Assembly: GCA_028279595.1 (NCBI GenBank) | Contig: JANQNK010000004.1 | Coordinates: 1 to 64,000, forward strand | Direction of reading: 5' to 3' | Source of the DNA: Thermoplasmatota archaeon | GTDB lineage: Archaea; Thermoplasmatota; JAKEGO01 | DNA: 64,000 bases | In this document: positions 9,262-16,640 of the stretch, piece by piece | How positions within the stretch are numbered: position 1 is the first letter of the stretch | Layout: each line of letters opens with the position of its first letter | Notes under the pieces: generated by a model | Databases searched by the model: none | What the model was told of the DNA's origin: nothing | Seen by the model: the letters and a program-made list of their open reading frames with translations, nothing else | Made by a program: the position numbers and the translations under genes

Positions 9262-9771
9262 ATGCGGATCATGGAATCTCCAAACTCGCCTGATTCAAAT
9301 CATGAGCATGAAATACATGATGAAATCACGAAGGATGATTCACGTTATGGGATTCGCGATGATACAATAGAAATAATTGACGAATATCTAGATGGTTGGA
9401 CAATACCTGATGAGGTCATCTCTCCAAATAAAATCGCGAAAGGGGTGAATACAAATCATAATACTGCGAGAGCATACCTGCGTGACAAAGTCCCTCGAAC
9501 AATACCTAATGTGGATCGACAAGACATTCGGACTCAAGTAAAACATGTCAAAGATGATTGGGCATATATTGAACGTATAAATGATGAACCAATCATCTAT
9601 GTGAAGGGGCGGTTTGAGAATTTACAAAAAACAAAGGCAGCCTTACAACAGAAAGGATTTCGAGCTGGATTAAGGAGCCATAGAAAGGGGCGACGTCATC
9701 GGCGGTTTAAACGGCTCTCCGGACGTAGCAAATTAGTACGTGAGACTGAGTGGATTCTCCCGCCGGAATAG
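9262..9771 (+). CDS. Hypothetical DNA-binding protein (HTH-like) with basic C-terminus
   Basis: ISPNKIAKGVNTNHNTARAYL fits a helix-turn-helix; Arg/Lys-rich tail. Confidence 0.55.
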   Translation: MRIMESPNSPDSNHEHEIHDEITKDDSRYGIRDDTIEIIDEYLDGWTIPDEVISPNKIAKGVNTNHNTARAYLRDKVPRTIPNVDRQDIRTQVKHVKDDWAYIERINDEPIIYVKGRFENLQKTKAALQQKGFRAGLRSHRKGRRHRRFKRLSGRSKLVRETEWILPPE

Positions 9772-9981
9772 TCGAATATTGCACTCAATATTACCTCTGA
9801 TTCTTTCTTCTTCGAGGAAATGTCTGTTCAGACTTAATCAACCATAGGACACGTGGGTGGGGATACCCCTCCCTCCCCCCATAAGATTTATGCCTTTACC
9901 TATGTGTATATGGGCATGTAAGGGGGTGTCTTTGGAGGCTCCGATTTACGATTGAAATTATACTATGAACCATGCCCTTCG

Positions 9982-10041
9982 AGGCATCTCCCTAGGCACC
10001 CCCCAAGGCACCCACCGAGGCATCTCCCCAGGCACCCCCAT
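9982..10041 (+). repeat. Five tandem 12-bp units AGGCAYCHCCCN (iteron-like)
   Basis: AGGCA begins at 9982, 9994, 10006, 10018 and 10030, an exact 12-bp period. Confidence 0.85.
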
Positions 10042-10129
10042 CGCCCACCTTGAACATATTAGTTTACACCTGAATGTGCTGAATACAGGTCCATGATTAG
10101 CGTGCATTAATCGCTCTCTCGGAGGACAT

Positions 10130-11077
10130 CTAGACTCTTAGTTTAGGGATGTACGAGAGGTACATCCGACGTAGCTCAGCGGCATCGATATGATGGTAAA
10201 TGTCTATTGCCTCTGCACGACGATCGCCTCTAAGCTCCTTGACGTGCTCTCTCGGCATTCCGGATCGGATGAGATGCGTGGTGAACCAATGCCTGAGACA
10301 GTGAGGGCCGAAGTGGTCCTCAAATTTATCAGAGTTGGGATTGTGAAATCCGAGCTTGATTGCCGGATTGACGATGGCTTTCCATGCCGCGTTTCGGGAG
10401 AGTCGTGATCCTGTCTGGTAACTCACGAAGAGAGCATCAGTGTTCGTCAGGAGTTTGTCACGGACACGCATCCACCTTTGGAGTGCCCTCGAAGCCTCGT
10501 CGTCGAAGAATACTCGCCGGTTGGACCGCTTTGGGGTGGGTTTAAGCATAAGAGATCCTTCGGACCAATTGATATCGCCGACATCGAGCTTGAGCATCTC
10601 GCCACGACGGATACCCGTCTTTGCTAGAAGAAATATCATTGCCCTGTCGCGGGGATCCATCACTGCACTCACTAGAGCTGAGAGCTGTTCAACCGAAAGT
10701 AACTGACGCGTCGATTGCTCATGCCCGTTCTTGTAACGCTTCAAATAGCGCTTTCGGAACGGGAGAACGAGGTTCTGGTCAACATGTCCGTCGAACAATA
10801 GGTAGTCATAGAACGACGAGAGAACTGAGAAATAATTCTCGAGTGTTTTGAACTTGACCTTCCGTTCCTCCATCAGGTATGATAGAAATTCCCGAAGAGT
10901 GTCCACATCAAGGTCCAATGGAGTGATATTGTGTTCACCGAGATATTGAATGAAGATTTTCAGACTCGTTTGATAGTGACGAATCGATTCCATGGTCATG
11001 TTCTGCAATTTGCAGTCTTCGACGTATGCTTCTAGCAAGTCATCGGGATCCATTTTCTTGCCCTTCTTCTTAGGCAT
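10130..11077 (-). CDS. Tyrosine recombinase/integrase (XerC/D superfamily)
   Basis: N-terminal SAM-like domain; KTGIRRGE (Arg), HCLRH (HxxR), ELRGD, IDIYHH (Tyr). Start moved to ATG 11077, overlapping the upstream TGA. Confidence 0.93.
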   Translation of the reverse strand: MPKKKGKKMDPDDLLEAYVEDCKLQNMTMESIRHYQTSLKIFIQYLGEHNITPLDLDVDTLREFLSYLMEERKVKFKTLENYFSVLSSFYDYLLFDGHVDQNLVLPFRKRYLKRYKNGHEQSTRQLLSVEQLSALVSAVMDPRDRAMIFLLAKTGIRRGEMLKLDVGDINWSEGSLMLKPTPKRSNRRVFFDDEASRALQRWMRVRDKLLTNTDALFVSYQTGSRLSRNAAWKAIVNPAIKLGFHNPNSDKFEDHFGPHCLRHWFTTHLIRSGMPREHVKELRGDRRAEAIDIYHHIDAAELRRMYLSYIPKLRV

Positions 11078-11622
11078 CACGAGCCCCTCCAACGCCATTT
11101 GTTACCAAGACATTCAACGACACCTATCTGTTCTAAAATCTCCAGCTGGATCGAGATTGCATTAATGAAATCAGATTGTGTTGATTTTATCCCGAGCTTC
11201 CGCATTATGTCTTCTTGAGTGAGCGGATTGGTAGAGGACCTTAGTATTTCGATGAGTTCTGGATCGAATGGCCTTGGTCCTTCGAAGTCATCGTCGAGGA
11301 AAGGTGCAGAGCGATAACGTTTCAACTCGGTGTCGAGAGAATCACTGAGATTGCGAAGCATGCGATTCTCCTGTTCAAGTTCCTTGACCATTTCATCCCT
11401 GATTTGAATCTGTTCAAGGAGTTCGAGTCGGGAAGGTCCCTTGTCCTCATCAACTTCTGTATTAAGTGAATCCATCACTCTCTGAACGACGAACTTTGAG
11501 ATCGACAGGTTCTCGTTGATTGCACGAGCCTTCCATTCTTCTGCTAACTCGACCGATGGTAAATACACATACAAAGCACGTTGTTTTATTGTCTCGGTCT
11601 TCCCTTTATTTGGTTTCCCCAT
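11077..11622 (-). CDS. Integrase-associated protein: ribbon-helix-helix + coiled coil + winged HTH
   Basis: ALYVYLP-helix-NLSISKFVV (RHH pattern), heptad segment, LTQEDIMRKLG...LEQIGVVE (wHTH); TGATG coupling to the integrase. Confidence 0.7.
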   Translation of the reverse strand: MGKPNKGKTETIKQRALYVYLPSVELAEEWKARAINENLSISKFVVQRVMDSLNTEVDEDKGPSRLELLEQIQIRDEMVKELEQENRMLRNLSDSLDTELKRYRSAPFLDDDFEGPRPFDPELIEILRSSTNPLTQEDIMRKLGIKSTQSDFINAISIQLEILEQIGVVECLGNKWRWRGS

Positions 11623-11673
11623 GGGTATCGTAATTACAATACCACTAATCCTATTAGTAAGTTACTAGCAAAA

Positions 11674-11760
11674 TGGTGCGGGGGAAGGGATTTGAACCCT
11701 CGGACCGCTAAGGACATGGCCCTCAACCATGCGCCGTTGACCAGGCTTGGCTACCCCCGC
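11674..11760 (-). tRNA. tRNA-Leu(GAG), CCA encoded
   Basis: GCGGGGG/CCCCCGC acceptor stem, anticodon arm CATGG-TTGAGGG-CCATG, long variable arm, GGTTCAAATCC T-loop. Confidence 0.97.
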
Positions 11761-11781
11761 ATTGCGTGTGTAAAAGGGGAG

Positions 11782-11856
11782 TGGGCCTGATGAGATTCGA
11801 ACTCACGACCTCCCGGTTATCAGCCGGGCGCTCCAACCAGGCTAAGCTACAGGCCC
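11782..11856 (-). tRNA. tRNA-Ile(GAT)
   Basis: GGGCCTG/CAGGCCC acceptor stem, CCCGG-CTGATAA-CCGGG anticodon arm, GAGTTCGAATCTC T-arm. Confidence 0.97.
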
Positions 11857-11954
11857 ACGGGAAGTGGCGATTACGGAGGGGATAAATAAACGTTATCATC
11901 CGCCGAAGGACTGGCCAGTGTTGTGAAATGGTGCGAGTCCCCCCAAGGTAGATA

Positions 11955-13016
11955 TCATTCCTCGGGGACGAAGCTCGGATCGACCAGGTCCTTGACGAAG
12001 GGCGAGAAATCGATACCCTTGATTATCTGTGTCTTTGTCAGGTCGAACACGTTGATCACCGGGGGTTCGACGATGTAGTTCTCGCTCCTGAGGTTCCTCG
12101 TGATGTTAGCCTCGTCGGTGCGGTAGGTCTCGAAGTCCGTGTAGACGGAAAGGATGACCGCCTCGTACTTCCGGGAGATCGCCGAGATGCAGTGCGGGGT
12201 GAGCAGTCTGTGGAAGGCCTCCGCGGGCATCGGCTTCTTCGGGTTGATCTTGATGTGCCAGAAGACCAGGAGATTGTATCCCATCTTCTGGATGTTGGGC
12301 ACACGGACGTGCTTGATGAGGCCGTCGGTCTCGAACCTCTTCCTGACGTTGGAGACGGTGTGCCTCGACAGCGGAAGGAGGTCCCCGAGGCTCTTGTCCC
12401 TCATGCCCGGATGGTGGACGAGCGAGTAGTAGACGATGCGCTCGTTCTTCGAGAGCTCCCTCGGCTCGCCGACAGTGAAGTCGGACGGTGCCGGTTCGGG
12501 AAGGTCCTCTGTATCGATACTGAGGTGGAGCCTCAGGAGGTCCGAGTAGGAGAGGAACCTGAAGACGTTGCTGATCCTGAACGGGAAGATCACGGTCACT
12601 GGATGGTCCTCTGCGAGGAGGTTCATCCGGGAAAAGGTCTCCGTCCTGATGTCATTGATGTGCGAGATCGTGGTGTAGTCCTTGGACATGCTGATCGAGA
12701 AGCCCTTGCTCACCTCGCCCATCGAGTAGAAGATCTCGTTGAACACCTCGATCGCCTCGCTGGTGAGTGCGATCCTCTCCTCGAGCGGGAAGACGATGTT
12801 GAAGTTGGTATAGGTGAATGCCACCATCTCGCAGCCGATGTTCTGTGTGAGTGGGACGTTGATGTCACGGAACATCTCCATCTTCTGCATCCGATGGCGG
12901 ATCGAGGTGACGGTCGAGTGCTTGATCCCCAGAACCTCAGATAGTTTGCAGTCGTTGTACTCGGGGTAGGCGATGAGACCGTAGAGTACCCTCTTTTCAT
13001 TCTTAGTGAGGTTCAT
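11955..13016 (-). CDS. Tandem-duplicated Lrp/AsnC-like (wHTH + effector domain) transcription regulator
   Basis: Two homologous halves starting LTKNEKRVLYGL..YP and LSKNERIVYYSL..HP, each with an HTH followed by a P..K/NxG linker. Confidence 0.75.
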   Translation of the reverse strand: MNLTKNEKRVLYGLIAYPEYNDCKLSEVLGIKHSTVTSIRHRMQKMEMFRDINVPLTQNIGCEMVAFTYTNFNIVFPLEERIALTSEAIEVFNEIFYSMGEVSKGFSISMSKDYTTISHINDIRTETFSRMNLLAEDHPVTVIFPFRISNVFRFLSYSDLLRLHLSIDTEDLPEPAPSDFTVGEPRELSKNERIVYYSLVHHPGMRDKSLGDLLPLSRHTVSNVRKRFETDGLIKHVRVPNIQKMGYNLLVFWHIKINPKKPMPAEAFHRLLTPHCISAISRKYEAVILSVYTDFETYRTDEANITRNLRSENYIVEPPVINVFDLTKTQIIKGIDFSPFVKDLVDPSFVPEE

Positions 13017-13170
13017 ATGTGGTGATAAGATAATCTCCTTAAAGTTTTTTTCGATTGAAACAATGAAATCGGGAAAATATTATGAATAGTTATAAATCCT
13101 GCTAAATAATCGATACTTCCCTTAAAAAGGGAAAGTGTAAAATAAGGAATCATTCTTCATAGCGTTACAC

Positions 13171-13791
13171 ATGGAACCAGCGGTATTGCTCATTGGTATC
13201 GAGGCGTCCCACAGCATGACGGACGACGCCCTCGGAAGGTCGAGGTTCGAGGAGGCCCTGTCGTATGCGAGGGACCTCTCGGATGACCCGAACATATACT
13301 GCTTCAATTCCGACTGGTTCATTCCCGGAGAGAACGTCGCGGAGACACCGCTGACCGGATCCGGACTCCTCCGGGCCGGAATGAGGGGGGGTCTCGAGCT
13401 GGCGTCGCAGCACGAGGTCGTACGCCTGATAATATTCACGGACGGCATCGGTGAGCCTGATGTCCCGAAGGCCGAGGCCGGCGCGCTTGCGAACGCGAAC
13501 ATCAAGACGAACTTCATCTACGTCGGGGTCGACAAGAGCGACCTCGCGGTCCTCAAGACCCTCGCGGACGTCGCGGGTGGGAACGCGATACTCCTGCAGG
13601 AAACCGAGGAGGAGGCCTCCGATGAAGAGGAGGACGTGGAGAAGGTCGACCTCGCAAAGCCCGCAGAACTGGTTCCGTCGGAATCCGAGGGCGATGAGAC
13701 CGTCCTAAACATCAAGCCCAAGAGCGACGAGGCAGTCGAGGAGAACGGCGTCAAGAGCGTCATCAACAAGATCAAGGACAAGGTCTGGTGA
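13171..13791 (+). CDS. vWA-like domain protein with acidic tail
   Basis: VLLIGIEASHSM (DxSxS variant), T.L..G, LIIFTDG, L..LA...GG. Confidence 0.7.
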   Translation: MEPAVLLIGIEASHSMTDDALGRSRFEEALSYARDLSDDPNIYCFNSDWFIPGENVAETPLTGSGLLRAGMRGGLELASQHEVVRLIIFTDGIGEPDVPKAEAGALANANIKTNFIYVGVDKSDLAVLKTLADVAGGNAILLQETEEEASDEEEDVEKVDLAKPAELVPSESEGDETVLNIKPKSDEAVEENGVKSVINKIKDKVW

Positions 13792-13858
13792 CCTTCTTCT
13801 CCTTTCTCAGAATCCGTGATTCAACACATTTAAGTAGACGCTGCAAATTCTCTGCAAC

Positions 13859-14092
13859 ATGGCCATCTACGATGTCAGCGTGGAACTGAAGAAGGGCGTC
13901 AACGACGCCGAGGGCAAGAACGTGGAGAAGGCTCTCAACCTCCTCGGTTTCGACGTATCGTCAGTTGGGATCTCCCGCGTCTACCGGATCGAGTTCGATT
14001 CCGAGGACCCTGACGCCGACATCGAATTGATGTGCCAGCGCTTGCTGGCGAACCCTGTCATCCAGGAGCATTCCTTCGAGCGCGTGGAATAG
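13859..14092 (+). CDS. purS: Phosphoribosylformylglycinamidine synthase subunit PurS
   Basis: LKKGVNDAEG...MCQRLLANPVIQ. Confidence 0.93.
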   Translation: MAIYDVSVELKKGVNDAEGKNVEKALNLLGFDVSSVGISRVYRIEFDSEDPDADIELMCQRLLANPVIQEHSFERVE

Positions 14093-14161
14093 GCAGATCG
14101 TCATACTCCAAGGAACACGATTCTTATATACTGTCAATCCATCGGCTCTTCACACATGCGT

Positions 14162-14236
14162 GGGCCCGTAGGGTAGCTTGGTCCATCCTTGGGCGTTCGG
14201 GACGCTCGTACTCCGGTTCAAATCCGGGCGGGCCCA
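14162..14236 (+). tRNA. tRNA-Pro(CGG)
   Basis: GGGCCCG/CGGGCCC acceptor stem, GGGCG-TTCGGGA-CGCTC anticodon arm, CCGGTTCAAATCCGG T-arm. Confidence 0.96.
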
Positions 14237-14366
14237 CATTTTCCATTGGTCTATTGTTTGTATACTTGGAATATGAGGGCGCGCCCTCTCGGGGAACTTG
14301 AACTCAACGATGTCCGATCACGTTCCCCGATCCGGGAAGATTGAGAGGTCACTGATCTCGAGTCCA

Positions 14367-14951
14367 TCATCTCGGCATGCAGATGATCTCCTTGATCTTC
14401 CTGCCCTCGGTCTTGTGCAGGTTCATCGTGGCAGGATAGCTCCACCATCTGTCCGCTGACGTCGCCTCTATTACGACGGCCGTGTCGGAACCACCTCCAG
14501 TAACGAAGTCCTTCCAACCGGTACCGGCGATTGCGATTATCTCCTCTCCCTCTGGTATGTGGCCATCCTCCACGACCGCTATCGCCAGGTGAACGGCGAC
14601 CTTCATACCCTCGCAGAACCGCCTGTAGGACATCTCGGCTTCCGGTGGATATGGATATGCATGCTCGTTGGCATGGATCAGCTTATGTCCTTCCTGCTCC
14701 AGCATGTCTATCATCTTGGGAAGGAACCTGGGGCAACCGTTGCACGCGTCGCACGTAGCGAAGAGTATCCGGATATCGCTTCCAGAGAACGCGTTCAGCA
14801 CCTCGGGAACGGACAAACCGCGAATGGAGGCGATGACGATGCTCTTGATGCCAAGCTCCTCGGCTCGCGCCCTCGCCAGATCATAAGTCTCGCGGCTGTT
14901 GCACTTGCCCGGTTCCTCGAAATAGGTGATCGTCGATCTCATCTGCTGCAT
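14367..14951 (-). CDS. Stand-alone pyruvate-kinase C-terminal (alpha/beta) domain-like protein (MTH1675-like)
   Basis: ITYFEEPGKCN..T, GIKSIVIAS..G, F.EGMKVAV, IIAIAGTG, DTAVVI, IKEIICMPR. Confidence 0.8.
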   Translation of the reverse strand: MQQMRSTITYFEEPGKCNSRETYDLARARAEELGIKSIVIASIRGLSVPEVLNAFSGSDIRILFATCDACNGCPRFLPKMIDMLEQEGHKLIHANEHAYPYPPEAEMSYRRFCEGMKVAVHLAIAVVEDGHIPEGEEIIAIAGTGWKDFVTGGGSDTAVVIEATSADRWWSYPATMNLHKTEGRKIKEIICMPR

Positions 14952-14994
14952 CTCCTTGGTTGGTCTTCCATTTGCTTTATCTCCGTAAGTTGCT

Positions 14995-15009
14995 TACTTT
15001 CGTAAAGTA
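14995..15009. promoter_or_regulatory. Putative DUF24/HxlR operator TACT-N7-AGTA
   Basis: TACTTT-CGT-AAAGTA palindrome in the divergent promoter, just upstream of a TATA-like TAAATATATAA. Confidence 0.55.
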
Positions 15010-15076
15010 GATATACATTGTAAATATATAAGGAATTGCTGAAATCGCGGGAAGCAAGTTACCTGGAGGAAAGTTG

Positions 15077-15400
15077 ATGGAACCGGTGAAATGTCCGATC
15101 GAGCGTACGGTGAACCTGATCGGCAACAAATGGAGCCTAATGATAGTGAGGGATTTCAGTATGAACGACGGGCCACTGCGTTTCAACCAACTGTTGAGGT
15201 CGCTCAGGGGGATAAGTTCAAAGACCCTGTCGGCTCGGCTGAAGCAGCTCACCGAATACGGGATAATCGAGAAGAAGGTGGTGTCCACCACCCCGGTCAT
15301 GATCCATTATTCATTAACGGAGAAGGGCAAGGACCTGACGAGGATCATGGACTCTATGGCCGAATGGGGCCTGAAATGGAACGTGGGTGAAAGCGGATAG
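15077..15400 (+). CDS. HxlR/DUF24-family winged-helix regulator
   Basis: CPIERTVNLIGNKW, RFNQL, GISSKTLS.RLKQL, YSLTEKG. Confidence 0.92.
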   Translation: MEPVKCPIERTVNLIGNKWSLMIVRDFSMNDGPLRFNQLLRSLRGISSKTLSARLKQLTEYGIIEKKVVSTTPVMIHYSLTEKGKDLTRIMDSMAEWGLKWNVGESG

Positions 15401-15422
15401 TGACCTTATACAGTATACTCCC

Positions 15423-15761
15423 CTACTGACCGTTCCGCGCCCTCGCCCAATCCACTAGTGGTACGAGCAGTTCCTTCAATTCCCTTCCATCATCGGTAAG
15501 ATAGTATTCGACACGGGGCGGTATCTCGGCGAACGATTCCCTCCGGATCAGGTCCTCGCGCTCCAATATCTTCAGAATATCGGACAACGCCTTCGGACTG
15601 ATCTCGCCGATCTCGGACTTGATCTCGGTGAAACGCATAGGGGTGTCCACGTGAAGCAGGCTGACCAGGCAGACTGTCCACTTCTTGCTTACAACGTTGA
15701 TTATACCCTTCACAGGGCAGAGGCAGTTCCCTTCCTGCTTGCATTTACCGTTCTCGCCCAC
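15423..15761 (-). CDS. HxlR/DUF24-family winged-helix regulator
   Basis: CLCP...SKKW, RFTEI, ISPKALS..LK.LE, PPRVEYYLT..G. Confidence 0.92.
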   Translation of the reverse strand: MGENGKCKQEGNCLCPVKGIINVVSKKWTVCLVSLLHVDTPMRFTEIKSEIGEISPKALSDILKILEREDLIRRESFAEIPPRVEYYLTDDGRELKELLVPLVDWARARNGQ

Positions 15762-15873
15762 GGCCGCTCACCACCGGTATACCGAGTATGCGAGTATAAA
15801 CTTTTTACTATTAATAGTTTATTTTCTATACTGACTCGGAAGCGGTATGGACCGCTCCAGGAGTGAACGGAAA

Positions 15874-16038
15874 ATGTGTTGCGGAACCAAGAGAGAGGGG
15901 AATGATGGATGCTGCTGCTGCGGTTTCCGGCGCTACCCGACGAGGGAGGAGGAGATCGAGAGGTTGAAGGGATACGGGGAGGAGCTCGAGAAGGAGGCGA
16001 CCGCTGTCGCCGAGCGGATCGAGCAGCTCCAGGGGTAG
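15874..16038 (+). CDS. Small Cys-rich protein with coiled-coil C-terminus (DUF5320-like)
   Basis: MCCG...GCCCCGFRRYPTREEEIERLKGY.EELEKE; GGAGTGA RBS. Confidence 0.7.
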   Translation: MCCGTKREGNDGCCCCGFRRYPTREEEIERLKGYGEELEKEATAVAERIEQLQG

Positions 16039-16104
16039 GCTCGCCTACCCCACATCCGTTTATTATCTACAGGAAATGAGTTCTGGTCCATTCGGGATGT
16101 GGTC

Positions 16105-16506
16105 TTATTTCGCTCGCATCCTGTTGTTCCGCTTCTCATGCTCGACCTCGGCGAGGCCTAGCTCCTCCATGAGTGGAGGGATGTACATGGCGAACCTACC
16201 CCTGAGCCCCTTCTTGAGACCGTAAAAGCCGCCGACGGGATTGTCTGGGGACCGTGCCCAGTGCTCGACGGTGCCCTCCTTGGTGTCGACCTTCTCGTCC
16301 TTGCTTCCCAGGAGCATCCAGTCGCCGTGGTCCCTGAGCATCGCGTGAAGGTCCTCGATCGCCCTTGCATCGTAGTACAACTTCGTCTTTCCGACAACGC
16401 ACATGATGATCTCGGTCCCGTCCTTCTCATCCATGTAAATCTCGTATTCAGATGTCCCGGGCGGGGTCTTCAGCTTCCATGGATCGTCCTCGTACCTCTT
16501 CTCCAC
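16105..16506 (-). CDS. Conserved hypothetical protein (DUF6855-like)
   Basis: DPWKLKTPPGTSEY, GTVEHWARSPDNPVGGFYGLKKGLRGRF; GAGGTGA RBS. Confidence 0.75.
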   Translation of the reverse strand: MEKRYEDDPWKLKTPPGTSEYEIYMDEKDGTEIIMCVVGKTKLYYDARAIEDLHAMLRDHGDWMLLGSKDEKVDTKEGTVEHWARSPDNPVGGFYGLKKGLRGRFAMYIPPLMEELGLAEVEHEKRNNRMRAK

Positions 16507-16592
16507 GTTATCACCTCGTACACGGCATCGCCGTCCACATTACCGCCTAGGATCCGATCATTGATAACTTGTGTCCCTGACCAATGATAATG

Positions 16593-16628
16593 AAAAAAGG
16601 GGGGGTCGCCCGGTCGTCGGACCGGGCG
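16593..16628 (-). terminator. Hairpin plus pyrimidine tract after the giant gene
   Basis: CGCCCGGTC-N4-GACCGGGCG, then C7T6 on the minus strand, starting 12 nt after the stop. Confidence 0.7.
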
Positions 16629-16640
16629 CTTATTTTGGTA

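Larger units (their letters stand above)
2365..11673. mobile_element. tRNA-Leu-associated integrative element / genomic island (left boundary uncertain)
   Basis: Abrupt shift to AT-richer sequence near 2365; tyrosine integrase module next to the tRNA-Leu 3' end; orphan genes. No second att copy seen. Confidence 0.75.

Noticed and set aside
9982-10041. Repeat array as a CRISPR
   Set aside because: 12-bp units with no unique spacers and no cas genes in the window.
2365-11673. Island as a provirus, conjugative element or classical integron
   Set aside because: No capsid, packaging ATPase, relaxase or T4SS gene recognised; no IntI-specific insertion or canonical attC ends seen.
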